IMG/VR virus record: IMGVR_UViG_3300044701_001886
Direction: 5' to 3' (one strand)
Source of the DNA: a virus
DNA length: 34,292 nucleotides
A program made the position numbers and the translations under genes. Each line of letters starts with the position of its first letter. Position 1 is the first letter of the stretch. The notes under the pieces were generated by a model. The model ran no database searches. It was not told the DNA's origin and saw nothing but the letters and a program-made list of their open reading frames with translations. Positions 17,394 through 25,039 of the stretch are shown in pieces.

Positions 17394-18274
17394 GCGGCAG
17401 CCTCGTCAAAAAGGCTCGCAGTCTGCGCCTTCGCTGCGGCGAGGTTGCGCACTGCTTGCTGATAGTAGCTGGTCTTCAATTCCGCGCCGATAAACTTGCG
17501 CCCCATCTGCAAAGCAACATGGCCCTCGCTGCCAATACCGGCAAACGGAGACAGCACGACATCTCCTGGATTGCTCCACAGCATCACGCCACGGCGGATC
17601 ACTTCAAGCTGCAACGGGCAAATATGGCGCTCGTCGTCGTGATCGCGTGCGCTGGCATATTGGAGCGTATCTGACGGGTTGATATCCATCCAAACGGGCG
17701 ACGCAACCTTCTGCCACAAGTCTACTGGGTAATCCTTCGCGTCATGCGTAACGCGTTCCATTTGATCCCCAGGAGTGCGCATCGTCACCAGATAGTCAGG
17801 GATACCCTGCCGACACATGGCAGAGTTTTCTCGCACGCTCTTGTGCAATAACCCTAGCGCCTTAGTGCGCTGCATCGCTGTAACCGGGTCTTTCCAGATC
17901 ACAGCTTCCGAATGATGGATGAATCCATGCTTGCGAAACGCACGGATCAACTCTCCGCGAAAATCCTTGAGGCCGATGAAACCATCGCGCTCTTTGCTTG
18001 CTGGAAGCAACATGCAATGGAAAGAAACATCGCGCCCCGGCATCATCACGCGGCGCAGTTCTGCCACAACGAAGTCAAAATGGGAGAAAAAGTCCGCATC
18101 GCTACGGCAGTTGCCAAGATCGCGCGGGCTGTTGCTGTAGGTGTAAAGCGATGCGAACGGAGGCGAAAAAATCGAATAGCCTACGCTTTGCGAAGGCAGT
18201 CCGCGCATCACCTCAATGCAGTCCCCGTGATAAATGGCGTAGTCAGGCGTGATGGTTTGATCTAGGACGTTCAT
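17390..18274 (-). CDS. Beta-class N4-cytosine/N6-adenine DNA methyltransferase (294 aa)
   Basis: Motif IV FSPPFASLY lies before motif I LSPFAGIGSEG, which is the beta order. Resembles the N6_N4_Mtase family. Confidence 0.75.
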   Translation of the reverse strand: MNVLDQTITPDYAIYHGDCIEVMRGLPSQSVGYSIFSPPFASLYTYSNSPRDLGNCRSDADFFSHFDFVVAELRRVMMPGRDVSFHCMLLPASKERDGFIGLKDFRGELIRAFRKHGFIHHSEAVIWKDPVTAMQRTKALGLLHKSVRENSAMCRQGIPDYLVTMRTPGDQMERVTHDAKDYPVDLWQKVASPVWMDINPSDTLQYASARDHDDERHICPLQLEVIRRGVMLWSNPGDVVLSPFAGIGSEGHVALQMGRKFIGAELKTSYYQQAVRNLAAAKAQTASLFDEAAA

Positions 18275-19650
18275 GCGACCCTCAAGAATGATGGCACCTG
18301 AATCTTGCGACCCGGCGCGTACTCGTTGGATTCACGGCTTGCGCCGCAAACTTCGGAAAAAACAGCATCTCTAGTTTCTGCGCTAAGGCTTTCGGCCATT
18401 GCCATTGCATCGCGTTCTTTTCTCTTCAGGTTCGCAACAATCGCGCCCTCAGCATCGCTAGCGAAAATGTGAACATGCACCTCGCGCTTTTGGCCAAATC
18501 GCCAGCAGCGGCGGACTGCTTGGTAATAGCTCTCAAATGAATCGGTAACGCCAACAAACGCCATCCTGTTGCAGTGCTGCCAATTCAGCCCAAATCCTGC
18601 AATCGACGGCTTGGTAATCAGCACCCGAATGCGGCCCTGCGCGAAGTCAATCAACCGCCGCTCCTTGTCTTCTGGCGTGTCGCTGCCGCGAATTTCCACA
18701 GCACCAGGAATCGCATGACGCAATGCATCCCCCTCGGCGTTCAGGTCGCACCAGACAATCCACGGCTCGTTGTCTGCGTTGACGATTGCCGCACACTCAG
18801 CCACGCGGTCAGCCAGTGATGCACGGCGCGCATCCCGGCGCTCGCTCAACGTCTGCGCCTCCAGTGCGAAAAGCATGCCATTTGTTGGCATTTCAACGCT
18901 TACGTGATGTTCGTGCAAGTGAAGCGGCGGCAGTTTGTATGCGGTGTCATCGTGCCCAAGGTCTGACGGGCGACGGATCAACGCGCCCCAAGACACAACC
19001 CACTGCCAGAAAATCTTCCGCGCGTGGCCTTTCAGTCGCCATGTTTGAGTGTCGCCACCGTCGTGGGTGAAAAACTCCGCGAGCATTTCCTGCCGCTGGC
19101 GGATGCCTAGAAACTCCGCGTGCGTTCCGAGTTCCGTCCAATCGTTCGGCGCTGGCGTTGCGGTAGCGCAGAGCTTATAAGGCGTGTTACGAAATGCCTC
19201 GGTCAGAATTGAAAATGTCTTAGCGTCGTGATGCTTGATGATTGACGATTCATCGAGAACAACGCCACCGAACCACGCCGGATTAATCTTGTGCATCCGC
19301 TCGTAATTCGTGATGTTGATTCCTGGCGTCAATTCCCAGTCGCTGCGCAAATGAGTAACTTGAATGCCAATTCCCTCTCCTTCTGCGGCGGTTTGCGCTG
19401 AAACAGCAAGCGGAGCCAAGATCAACACAGAGCGGCCGGTTTTGCGATGAACGGCATCGGCCCATGCAAGTTGCATTCGAGTTTTGCCGAGGCCGGTGTC
19501 GGCAAAAATAGCGGCCCGGCCACGCTTCAATGCCCAGCGCACCAAATCAACCTGATGCGGGAACAGCCCATCTGCAAGATGCAACTCATCTTGAATGCCA
19601 ACCGGATCCGCAGCGGCCAGTTTCTCAAAGACAAATTCAGCGTAGTTCAT
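18271..19650 (-). CDS. SNF2/DEAD-like helicase (459 aa from the ATG at 19650)
   Basis: Motif I ADTGLGKT, II VVLDESS, III ATATP, VI QAVRRCWRFGQ. GGAGGG Shine-Dalgarno sequence before the ATG at 19650. ATGA overlaps at both ends. Confidence 0.75.
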   Translation of the reverse strand: MNYAEFVFEKLAAADPVGIQDELHLADGLFPHQVDLVRWALKRGRAAIFADTGLGKTRMQLAWADAVHRKTGRSVLILAPLAVSAQTAAEGEGIGIQVTHLRSDWELTPGINITNYERMHKINPAWFGGVVLDESSIIKHHDAKTFSILTEAFRNTPYKLCATATPAPNDWTELGTHAEFLGIRQRQEMLAEFFTHDGGDTQTWRLKGHARKIFWQWVVSWGALIRRPSDLGHDDTAYKLPPLHLHEHHVSVEMPTNGMLFALEAQTLSERRDARRASLADRVAECAAIVNADNEPWIVWCDLNAEGDALRHAIPGAVEIRGSDTPEDKERRLIDFAQGRIRVLITKPSIAGFGLNWQHCNRMAFVGVTDSFESYYQAVRRCWRFGQKREVHVHIFASDAEGAIVANLKRKERDAMAMAESLSAETRDAVFSEVCGASRESNEYAPGRKIQVPSFLRVA

Positions 19651-19925
19651 ACTGCCCTCCAAATACGCTCAGATCGTCCAGAGCGAGTAGTTCGCTTTTC
19701 GTCCGTAGTGTCTGCCAGTCCAGCGTCCTGCAATTCAGGCAGTCGCTTCCTAACCGCGTAAGCGTCAATTCCGATCAACTCGGCTATCTCCTCTGCACCT
19801 GCGCTGCGAATTGCACGCAGGCAGTTAAGAACTGAAGCCCCTTGTCGAGTTGCCGCACGCTTCATTGAATCGCCAGCGGCGTGACTTGTATCAGGGTCTA
19901 GTCGTCTGCTTTTTGCAATGCCCAT
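19647..19925 (-). CDS. Winged-helix DNA-binding protein (92 aa)
   Basis: VLNCLRAIRSAGAEEIAELIGIDAYAVRKRLPELQDAGL has a MarR-like wHTH pattern. GAGG Shine-Dalgarno sequence. Confidence 0.5.
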   Translation of the reverse strand: MGIAKSRRLDPDTSHAAGDSMKRAATRQGASVLNCLRAIRSAGAEEIAELIGIDAYAVRKRLPELQDAGLADTTDEKRTTRSGRSERIWRAV

Positions 19926-20233
19926 TTTGTAGCCTCGTAAACCATCAATCGATTGATTTTCATTGAACGTGCAATTTTGTCGGCAATTAACTCATTTAAA
20001 CAGTCACGAATCGGCGTTTTACTCCTGCGCAAAATTGCACAAATTTCGTTGGCACTAAGCCATCTTCTTTCTTCAACCAGCACCGCTAATACGTCATCCT
20101 TCATCGTGCTAGTTTTTGCGGTTTTTTGGTTGCTAGCCTTTTCCGAATCTGCAAATTCCTGCTTAAAACTGGTCCTGAGGTCCTTCATTTTTAGACCAGA
20201 TGTGACTTTTATCTCTTTAGGCGGGGGCCACAT
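19898..20233 (-). CDS. AT-rich gene for a winged-helix-like protein (111 aa from the ATG at 20233)
   Basis: C-terminal VLAVLVEERRWLSANEICAILRRSKTPIRDCLNELIADKI. GAAAGG Shine-Dalgarno sequence. About 41% G+C by hand count of 19921-20220. Confidence 0.45.
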   Translation of the reverse strand: MWPPPKEIKVTSGLKMKDLRTSFKQEFADSEKASNQKTAKTSTMKDDVLAVLVEERRWLSANEICAILRRSKTPIRDCLNELIADKIARSMKINRLMVYEATKWALQKADD

Positions 20234-20234
20234 A

Positions 20235-20423
20235 TCACGCCTTTCGATTTGCCGGCTTGTCTGCCTTGAGGTCTCCCTGCGTAGCGAGTTCGAGCTGATA
20301 CTGCCGTCCCTCTGGGATCGCTCCGGCCTGGAACCACTCAGCAACAGAAGGAGGAGTCACTTCCAGCACGCGGGCGATTTCCGCCTTGCTGCCGAAATAC
20401 TGCAACGCTTGATCGGGTGTCAT
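20235..20423 (-). CDS. Cro / YdaS-family HTH regulator (62 aa from the first ATG at 20423)
   Basis: ALQYFGSKAEIARVLEVTPPSVAEWFQAGAIPEGRQYQLE matches the Cro/YdaS-type pattern. First gene of the leftward unit. AAGGA Shine-Dalgarno sequence. Confidence 0.55.
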   Translation of the reverse strand: MTPDQALQYFGSKAEIARVLEVTPPSVAEWFQAGAIPEGRQYQLELATQGDLKADKPANRKA

Positions 20424-20450
20424 CTTGTTTCCTTGCGTTTGGGAAACCGA

Positions 20451-20480
20451 ATATTCACACGTCAACCCGGAAAAATGCAA
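20451..20480 (-). promoter_or_regulatory. Candidate leftward promoter TTGCAT-18-(TGt)GAATAT
   Basis: Minus-strand TTGCAT (plus 20475-20480) and GAATAT (plus 20451-20456), preceded by TGT. The outer left operator overlaps the -10 element. Confidence 0.35.
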
Positions 20481-20537
20481 GCACCGAATTGGCAGTTGTA
20501 AATTTGCAACGCACGCGGAAATAATTCGGTTTGCCTA

Positions 20538-20566
20538 TTGACAGCCCATAAGGCGTGCCTCATTAT
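20538..20566 (+). promoter_or_regulatory. Candidate sigma70 rightward promoter TTGACA-17-CATTAT
   Basis: TTGACA at 20538-20543, a 17-nt spacer, CATTAT at 20561-20566. The outer right operator overlaps the -10 element. Confidence 0.5.
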
Positions 20567-20597
20567 TCGGTCATCGCAACGCAAACAAGGAAACGAA

Positions 20598-20951
20598 ATG
20601 ACCGCTCAACTGCGTGACCGTCTTATCTCCCAGCGCGTAGAAAACTGGCTCGGCGAGATGCGCCGCAACCCAGCATTCAGCATCGGCCGTAGGCCGCTGC
20701 TAGACAACGTAACCGACATCACTTTCGACGGCATTGACGCAAAGACGGCCGAGGCAATGGTTTTAGCCGCTGCCGCTGGCGATGCGGCCGGTCTGCTGGA
20801 GATTTTTGAGCGTCAAATGCGGGCCGTTGTCGAGTCGCTGGCCGAATCTCACGATGTTGACGTCGTAGACGAATACCGACTCGAACAGGCTGATATCGAG
20901 CGCGACCGGCGCATCGATTACCTGATGCAGATTGATCGGGAGGATGCGTGA
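20598..20951 (+). CDS. First rightward gene, hypothetical (117 aa from the ATG at 20598)
   Basis: AAGGA Shine-Dalgarno sequence at the same distance as for the cro-like gene. No HTH recognised. Confidence 0.5.
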   Translation: MTAQLRDRLISQRVENWLGEMRRNPAFSIGRRPLLDNVTDITFDGIDAKTAEAMVLAAAAGDAAGLLEIFERQMRAVVESLAESHDVDVVDEYRLEQADIERDRRIDYLMQIDREDA

Positions 20952-21289
20952 ACTTGCCGCCGTCGTTTATCTCGCTGTCTGATGCGGCCTCGGCTTACGT
21001 CGAGGCCCGCCAGGCGCAGGATTTAGCGCAACACATGCACAGAATCAGAATGCTGTCTCGATCGCCTGAATCAGTTATTGGCATGGCGGCCCAAGAATGG
21101 AATTCGGCTACCGCTGTAGTTAATGCCAAATACTACGATTTAGCGCGTTGCGTTGCGGTTGCGGCCGCCGCAATAAAAGCTGCAAACGTACCTCAACCGG
21201 CCACGTCTTTGCTGCCCCTTGTCGTTGACATGGCGCAACATTGCCGACAATCTGAATTGAATAGACAATTTGAACGGAGCGGAAAATGA
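20948..21289 (+). CDS. Hypothetical protein (113 aa, GTG start)
   Basis: GTGA overlap with the upstream stop. Confidence 0.45.
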   Translation: MNLPPSFISLSDAASAYVEARQAQDLAQHMHRIRMLSRSPESVIGMAAQEWNSATAVVNAKYYDLARCVAVAAAAIKAANVPQPATSLLPLVVDMAQHCRQSELNRQFERSGK

Positions 21290-21402
21290 ACATCAAATAT
21301 CTGCGCAAAAAAGAAGTGGTCGAGCTGATTGTCCTCACGGTGATTTTTGTGATTAGCTGCATTGCGGTTGGCGCAATGGTCGTTGCGGATCTTGTCCGAT
21401 GA
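21286..21402 (+). CDS. Small single-pass membrane peptide (38 aa, untracked)
   Basis: MNIKYLRKKEVVELIVLTVIFVISCIAVGAMVVADLVR. ATGA overlaps at both ends. Confidence 0.45.
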   Translation: MNIKYLRKKEVVELIVLTVIFVISCIAVGAMVVADLVR

Positions 21403-21590
21403 AACAACTGCGATCCACAGCCCCCGTAACGTCTATTTTGTCGCCAGAATTTCGTTATGTCCCGGCAGCACAAACCGACGTTCGAGAAACTTTCCGGCTT
21501 GCCGAACAGCGCAAGACGGATGCCGCTTACACAGAACTTGCAGCGGCTGAGCTTGCACTTCGTAATCTGGTGATCCGTGGACGCTCTTGA
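21399..21590 (+). CDS. Hypothetical protein (63 aa)
   Basis: Tracked ORF, translationally coupled. Confidence 0.45.
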   Translation: MKQLRSTAPVTSILSPEFRYVPAAQTDVRETFRLAEQRKTDAAYTELAAAELALRNLVIRGRS

Positions 21591-21677
21591 CGTGATATTT
21601 GGCGTTGCTTTTCTAGGCGTCTCGTTTCCGATTGCGCTGGCGTTTGTATGCCTGTTCCGAGCCATCAGGAGGGCGCT

Positions 21678-21896
21678 ATGGCGCATCAAATCGTCTGGGC
21701 TGTAGTCGGTGCGGCCGTCGTTACGCCAAGCATTTGGATATATGCCAGTTTGGTTTGCGCCAACGAAAAGCGCTCAACACGCAATGCGGAAACACGGGCG
21801 AACATCGAGGCGTGTGCAAAAAGCAACGGAATTGCACTCATGGCGTTGAATTCCGGCATTGTTTCTTGTGTTTCCGGGTCGGGTAGTAAAAAATGA
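21678..21896 (+). CDS. Small membrane protein (72 aa from the ATG at 21678)
   Basis: AGGAGGG Shine-Dalgarno sequence 5 nt upstream. N-terminal hydrophobic helix MAHQIVWAVVGAAVVTPSIWIYASLV. Confidence 0.55.
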   Translation: MAHQIVWAVVGAAVVTPSIWIYASLVCANEKRSTRNAETRANIEACAKSNGIALMALNSGIVSCVSGSGSKK

Positions 21897-21985
21897 TTGA
21901 AGTGCTGATCGGTCTAATGTTGTTCATGGTCGGCATTTTTCTTGGAATCTTCCTCGGGATTTTTTGGGCTAGCCATGACAGATGA
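21893..21985 (+). CDS. Small membrane peptide (30 aa, untracked)
   Basis: MIEVLIGLMLFMVGIFLGIFLGIFWASHDR. ATGA overlap with the upstream stop. Confidence 0.4.
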   Translation: MIEVLIGLMLFMVGIFLGIFLGIFWASHDR

Positions 21986-22049
21986 ACAGCAGGAATATGA
22001 AGAGTGGCTTAACCGTATGCGCCAAAACGCGCACGAAGGGACAGAATGA
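21975..22049 (+). CDS. Possible 24-aa acidic ORF coupled to erf (untracked)
   Basis: MTDEQQEYEEWLNRMRQNAHEGTE. Its TGA overlaps the erf ATG (ATGA). Confidence 0.25.
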   Translation: MTDEQQEYEEWLNRMRQNAHEGTE

Positions 22050-22597
22050 AGAACTTGTTTACGGCGTTGGTCAAGGCGCAATCGGAAATATCGGCAGCGG
22101 TAAAGGATTCGACTAACCCGCACTTTAAGAGCAAGTACGCTGATCTTTCCAGCGTTGTCTCGGCAATCAAACCCGCGTTGTCAAAGCATGGCCTTGGGTT
22201 TGTCCAGGTGTTCCGCGAGGCTACTGGCGGCGTGACAATCGAGACTATTATCATTCACGAAAGCGGCGAGCAGTTCCCGTGCGGCCCGCTTTTCGTTCCG
22301 GCGTCTAAACAAGACGCGCAGGGTTACGGGTCTGCCATTACGTACACGCGCCGCTACAGCCTGCAAACGGCGGTCGGTCTGCCGAGCGAAGACGATGACG
22401 GCAATGGTGCATCGAAGGACAAGCGGCCTGATGAACAGCCCGATCCGTTCACGCATGACCCCGTCACTGTTGGCCGGCTGAAGACTGCCAAGACCGTTGA
22501 CGAACTGGCGCAGGCGTGGAAGGACATTCCCGTAAACCTGCGAGCGCGGTATGCGTCGGTTAAAGATGCGCGCAAGGCGGAATTGGAGGCGGCATGA
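22046..22597 (+). CDS. erf: ERF-family single-strand annealing protein (183 aa)
   Basis: NPHFKSKYADLSSVVSAIKPALSKHGL and YGSAITYTRRYSL are ERF-superfamily signatures. Confidence 0.75.
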   Translation: MKNLFTALVKAQSEISAAVKDSTNPHFKSKYADLSSVVSAIKPALSKHGLGFVQVFREATGGVTIETIIIHESGEQFPCGPLFVPASKQDAQGYGSAITYTRRYSLQTAVGLPSEDDDGNGASKDKRPDEQPDPFTHDPVTVGRLKTAKTVDELAQAWKDIPVNLRARYASVKDARKAELEAA

Positions 22598-22881
22598 GCG
22601 CGCATACGCCGGGGCCGTGGGCAATTGACTGGAATGTGTCAAGGCTAGACGTGTTTAGTGCCGATGCCGCGACGCTTGTAGCAACCATTCGCAGGTCTGC
22701 GCTGTCGGCCGGACTTGATGACACGGCAAAGGCCAACGCCCGCCTGATTGCCTCCGCGCCGCAACTACTGGAGGTTTGCAAAGAACTGTCTGAGTGTGCC
22801 GAGTATTGGAGCGAGTACGACGTACCTATTGGGATCGTCGATCGGCTGAATAACGCAATAAAACTTGCGGAGGCGAAATAA
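22594..22881 (+). CDS. Conserved phage protein (95 aa), function unknown
   Basis: TPGPW ... ANARLIASAPQLLEVCKEL pattern, common in phage early regions. Confidence 0.5.
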   Translation: MSAHTPGPWAIDWNVSRLDVFSADAATLVATIRRSALSAGLDDTAKANARLIASAPQLLEVCKELSECAEYWSEYDVPIGIVDRLNNAIKLAEAK

Positions 22882-23501
22882 TGTCAGGCGGCAGTGTTGA
22901 CCGCCGTGTTATCCCGGCTTTGATTGGCTGCGAAGAAAGCCAGACGATAACCAAGGCACTGCGGGCGGCAGGGCATGAAGCGTACTCGTGCGATCTTGCG
23001 CCGACTCGTGGGAACCCTGATTGGCATTACCAGCAGGACATTCTCGAAGTGATACCTAGCAGGCGGTGGGGGTTGATTATTCTGCACCCGGACTGCACGG
23101 CTATGGCTGTGAGCGGGAACCGCTGGTATGGACGCGGGATGCCGATCCACCACAAACGCGAACAAGCAATAGCTTGGACGGTAGGGTTATGGGAACTGGC
23201 AAAGCAGCACGGCGACAAGGTTGCGCTTGAGAACCCTGTAAGCGTGATTTTCCAGCACCTGAACGCGCCGGTTTGCTATGTGCAGCCTTATGAGCATGGT
23301 CACGGCGAAACAAAGAAGACCGGATTTGCCTTGCACAATTTGGAGCCGCTGAAACCGACTTTCGAAGTGGAAGGAAGGGAACAGCGGATTTGGAAGATGC
23401 CACCTTCGCTAACACGGAAGCGCGACCGGAGCAAGACGTTTGACGGTATAGCGCAAGCCATGGTGATGCAGTGGGCTAACGCCAACGCGGAGGGGAAATG
23501 A
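22881..23501 (+). CDS. C5-cytosine-methyltransferase-like protein with atypical motifs (206 aa)
   Basis: Motif VI-like ALENPVS, motif IV-like ILHPDCT (PC replaced by DC), QPYEHGHGETKKTGF, and a C-terminal GIAQAMVMQW. No FxGxG motif I (LIGCEESQ in its place). Confidence 0.45.
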   Translation: MSGGSVDRRVIPALIGCEESQTITKALRAAGHEAYSCDLAPTRGNPDWHYQQDILEVIPSRRWGLIILHPDCTAMAVSGNRWYGRGMPIHHKREQAIAWTVGLWELAKQHGDKVALENPVSVIFQHLNAPVCYVQPYEHGHGETKKTGFALHNLEPLKPTFEVEGREQRIWKMPPSLTRKRDRSKTFDGIAQAMVMQWANANAEGK

Positions 23502-23899
23502 CAATTCTATACGAAAAGCGCGGCCGTAAGTACGTGCCAGTATCCGAACGATGGTATGACGACGATCAGATGAAGGTCGGTCAGTTTCGGCTGACCTATT
23601 GCTATTCCGGTGGTGGCAGACGCTACGAATACAACGTCACGCCGGATTCAGCAGGGTTTGTTGCTGCTGCAATGATTGCGCGTGAGGCAATGGAGCAGGC
23701 AATATCAGAGGCAAAAACATCGCGCCCAGTCATTCCTGCCAACGCAAAACCATACACCAAAAAGCAACGCGAGATTCTTAAACGCTTCCGCACAGAAATG
23801 GCGGCGGCGGGCGGATTGTTTCCTGACTGGTGGGTAAACACAAGCGCATGGGACATATCTGAGGCCGCAATCAAAGCAGTGCGGGAGTTTCGCCCATGA
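23498..23899 (+). CDS. Hypothetical protein (133 aa)
   Basis: Tracked ORF with ATGA overlaps at both ends. Confidence 0.5.
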   Translation: MTILYEKRGRKYVPVSERWYDDDQMKVGQFRLTYCYSGGGRRYEYNVTPDSAGFVAAAMIAREAMEQAISEAKTSRPVIPANAKPYTKKQREILKRFRTEMAAAGGLFPDWWVNTSAWDISEAAIKAVREFRP

Positions 23900-24513
23900 T
23901 CCCGCAGCAGTCCTCGGCATGGGTACGCCAGCGCATCGGCTGGCTTACTGCTAGTCGCATGAAAGACGTTCTCGCCACGCTAAAAAACGGCCAGCCTGCC
24001 GAGGCACGGCGGAAATACGCGACGGAGCTTGTAGCCGAGCGCATGGTTGACGGGGCGCTAGATCATTTCGTCAGCCCCGCAATGCAGCACGGCATCGACT
24101 GCGAACAGGAAGCGGCGGCAGCGTATGAGGAAGTCAGCGGTGCGCTGCTAACCGACTGCGGCTTCTTCCCGCATCCGTCAATCGAGTTTTTCGGCGCAAC
24201 GCCTGACCGGCTACTCGGGGCGGATGGGCTGGTCGAGATTAAGTGCCCTACAACCGTCACATATGTCAACTGGCGGGCCGCTGGCGTGGTTCCTGCCGAG
24301 CATCAACCGCAAATGCTGGCGCAGCTTGCTTGCACTCGTCGACGTTTCGTTGATTTCGTTGCGTATGACCCGCGAGTCAAGATTCGAGAGCAGCGTATTT
24401 TCATCCGCCGGTTTGAGCCGACCGCAGATCAGATCGCGGCGACGGAGCAGGCGGCAGTGCAATTCTTGGCCGAAGTCGAGGCCATTTTCCAGCAAGTAAC
24501 CGAAGGAGTTTGA
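23896..24513 (+). CDS. YqaJ/lambda-Exo-like recombination exonuclease (205 aa)
   Basis: GWLTASRMKDV, HGIDCEQEAAAAYE, ATPDRL and VEIKCP are YqaJ-family PD-(D/E)xK motifs. Confidence 0.7.
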   Translation: MIPQQSSAWVRQRIGWLTASRMKDVLATLKNGQPAEARRKYATELVAERMVDGALDHFVSPAMQHGIDCEQEAAAAYEEVSGALLTDCGFFPHPSIEFFGATPDRLLGADGLVEIKCPTTVTYVNWRAAGVVPAEHQPQMLAQLACTRRRFVDFVAYDPRVKIREQRIFIRRFEPTADQIAATEQAAVQFLAEVEAIFQQVTEGV

Positions 24514-24515
24514 GC

Positions 24516-24761
24516 ATGGCATATGTGCCAAAAGAGGGCGGCGGCAGTCTGTTTAAAAATGACAAGCAAGGCAACGACAAGCGGCCGGATTACCGTGGCG
24601 ATCTGATGATCGGCGGGCAGTTGTACGAGATTGCCGCATGGGAGAAACAGGGCGCACGCGGCGCGTTTTTTAGCCTGTCGGCAAAGTTGAAGCAATCCGA
24701 TGGTCCGCGTGAGCAAATGCCGCAGAAGGTATCCGCGCCGGACGATGAAATCCCGTTTTGA
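24516..24761 (+). CDS. Small OB-like protein ending in an SSB-type acidic tip DDEIPF (81 aa from the ATG at 24516)
   Basis: GAAGGAG Shine-Dalgarno sequence 6 nt upstream. GGGSLFKNDKQGNDKRPDYRGDL...YEIAAWEK...FFSLS. C-terminus APDDEIPF. Confidence 0.55.
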   Translation: MAYVPKEGGGSLFKNDKQGNDKRPDYRGDLMIGGQLYEIAAWEKQGARGAFFSLSAKLKQSDGPREQMPQKVSAPDDEIPF

Positions 24762-25039
24762 TGAGCATTAAGCGCCACCTAAGCCGCGTTGCCGAGCGCG
24801 GCTGCTCTCTTTGCCTGCACTTGGGTCTGGGCGCAACGCCAGGGGAAATCCATCATCTCCGAGAGGATCAAGGAATGGCTCAGCGTGGCAGCGATGCGCT
24901 GGCAATCTGCGCCTGCCCTGAGCATCATCGAGGCAGCACTGGAATTCATGGCGACAAGTCTGCGTGGCGGAATGCTCGGTACAGCGAGATGGATGCGCTG
25001 GCGGACACGATCACATCGTTGTATATCCGCAACGGTTAG
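24761..25039 (+). CDS. Ref-family (RecA-dependent) HNH nuclease (92 aa from the ATG at 24761)
   Basis: RVAERGCSLC...EIHHLRE..GMAQRGSD...CPEHHRG..GIH matches the Ref/HNH pattern. TGATG overlap. Confidence 0.6.
   Translation: MSIKRHLSRVAERGCSLCLHLGLGATPGEIHHLREDQGMAQRGSDALAICACPEHHRGSTGIHGDKSAWRNARYSEMDALADTITSLYIRNG

Larger units (their letters stand above)
20446..20571. promoter_or_regulatory. Four ACCGAATW sites in a nested inverted arrangement (candidate operators)
   Basis: ACCGAATA at 20446-20453 and ACCGAATT at 20483-20490 (forward). AATTCGGT at 20523-20530 and TATTCGGT at 20564-20571 (reverse). Spacings are 37, 40 and 41 bp. Confidence 0.55.

Noticed and set aside
20538-20597. Upstream extension of the first rightward gene (tracked ORF starts at 20538)
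   Set aside because: The tracked start is the TTG of the predicted -35 hexamer TTGACA. The first ATG with a Shine-Dalgarno sequence is at 20598.
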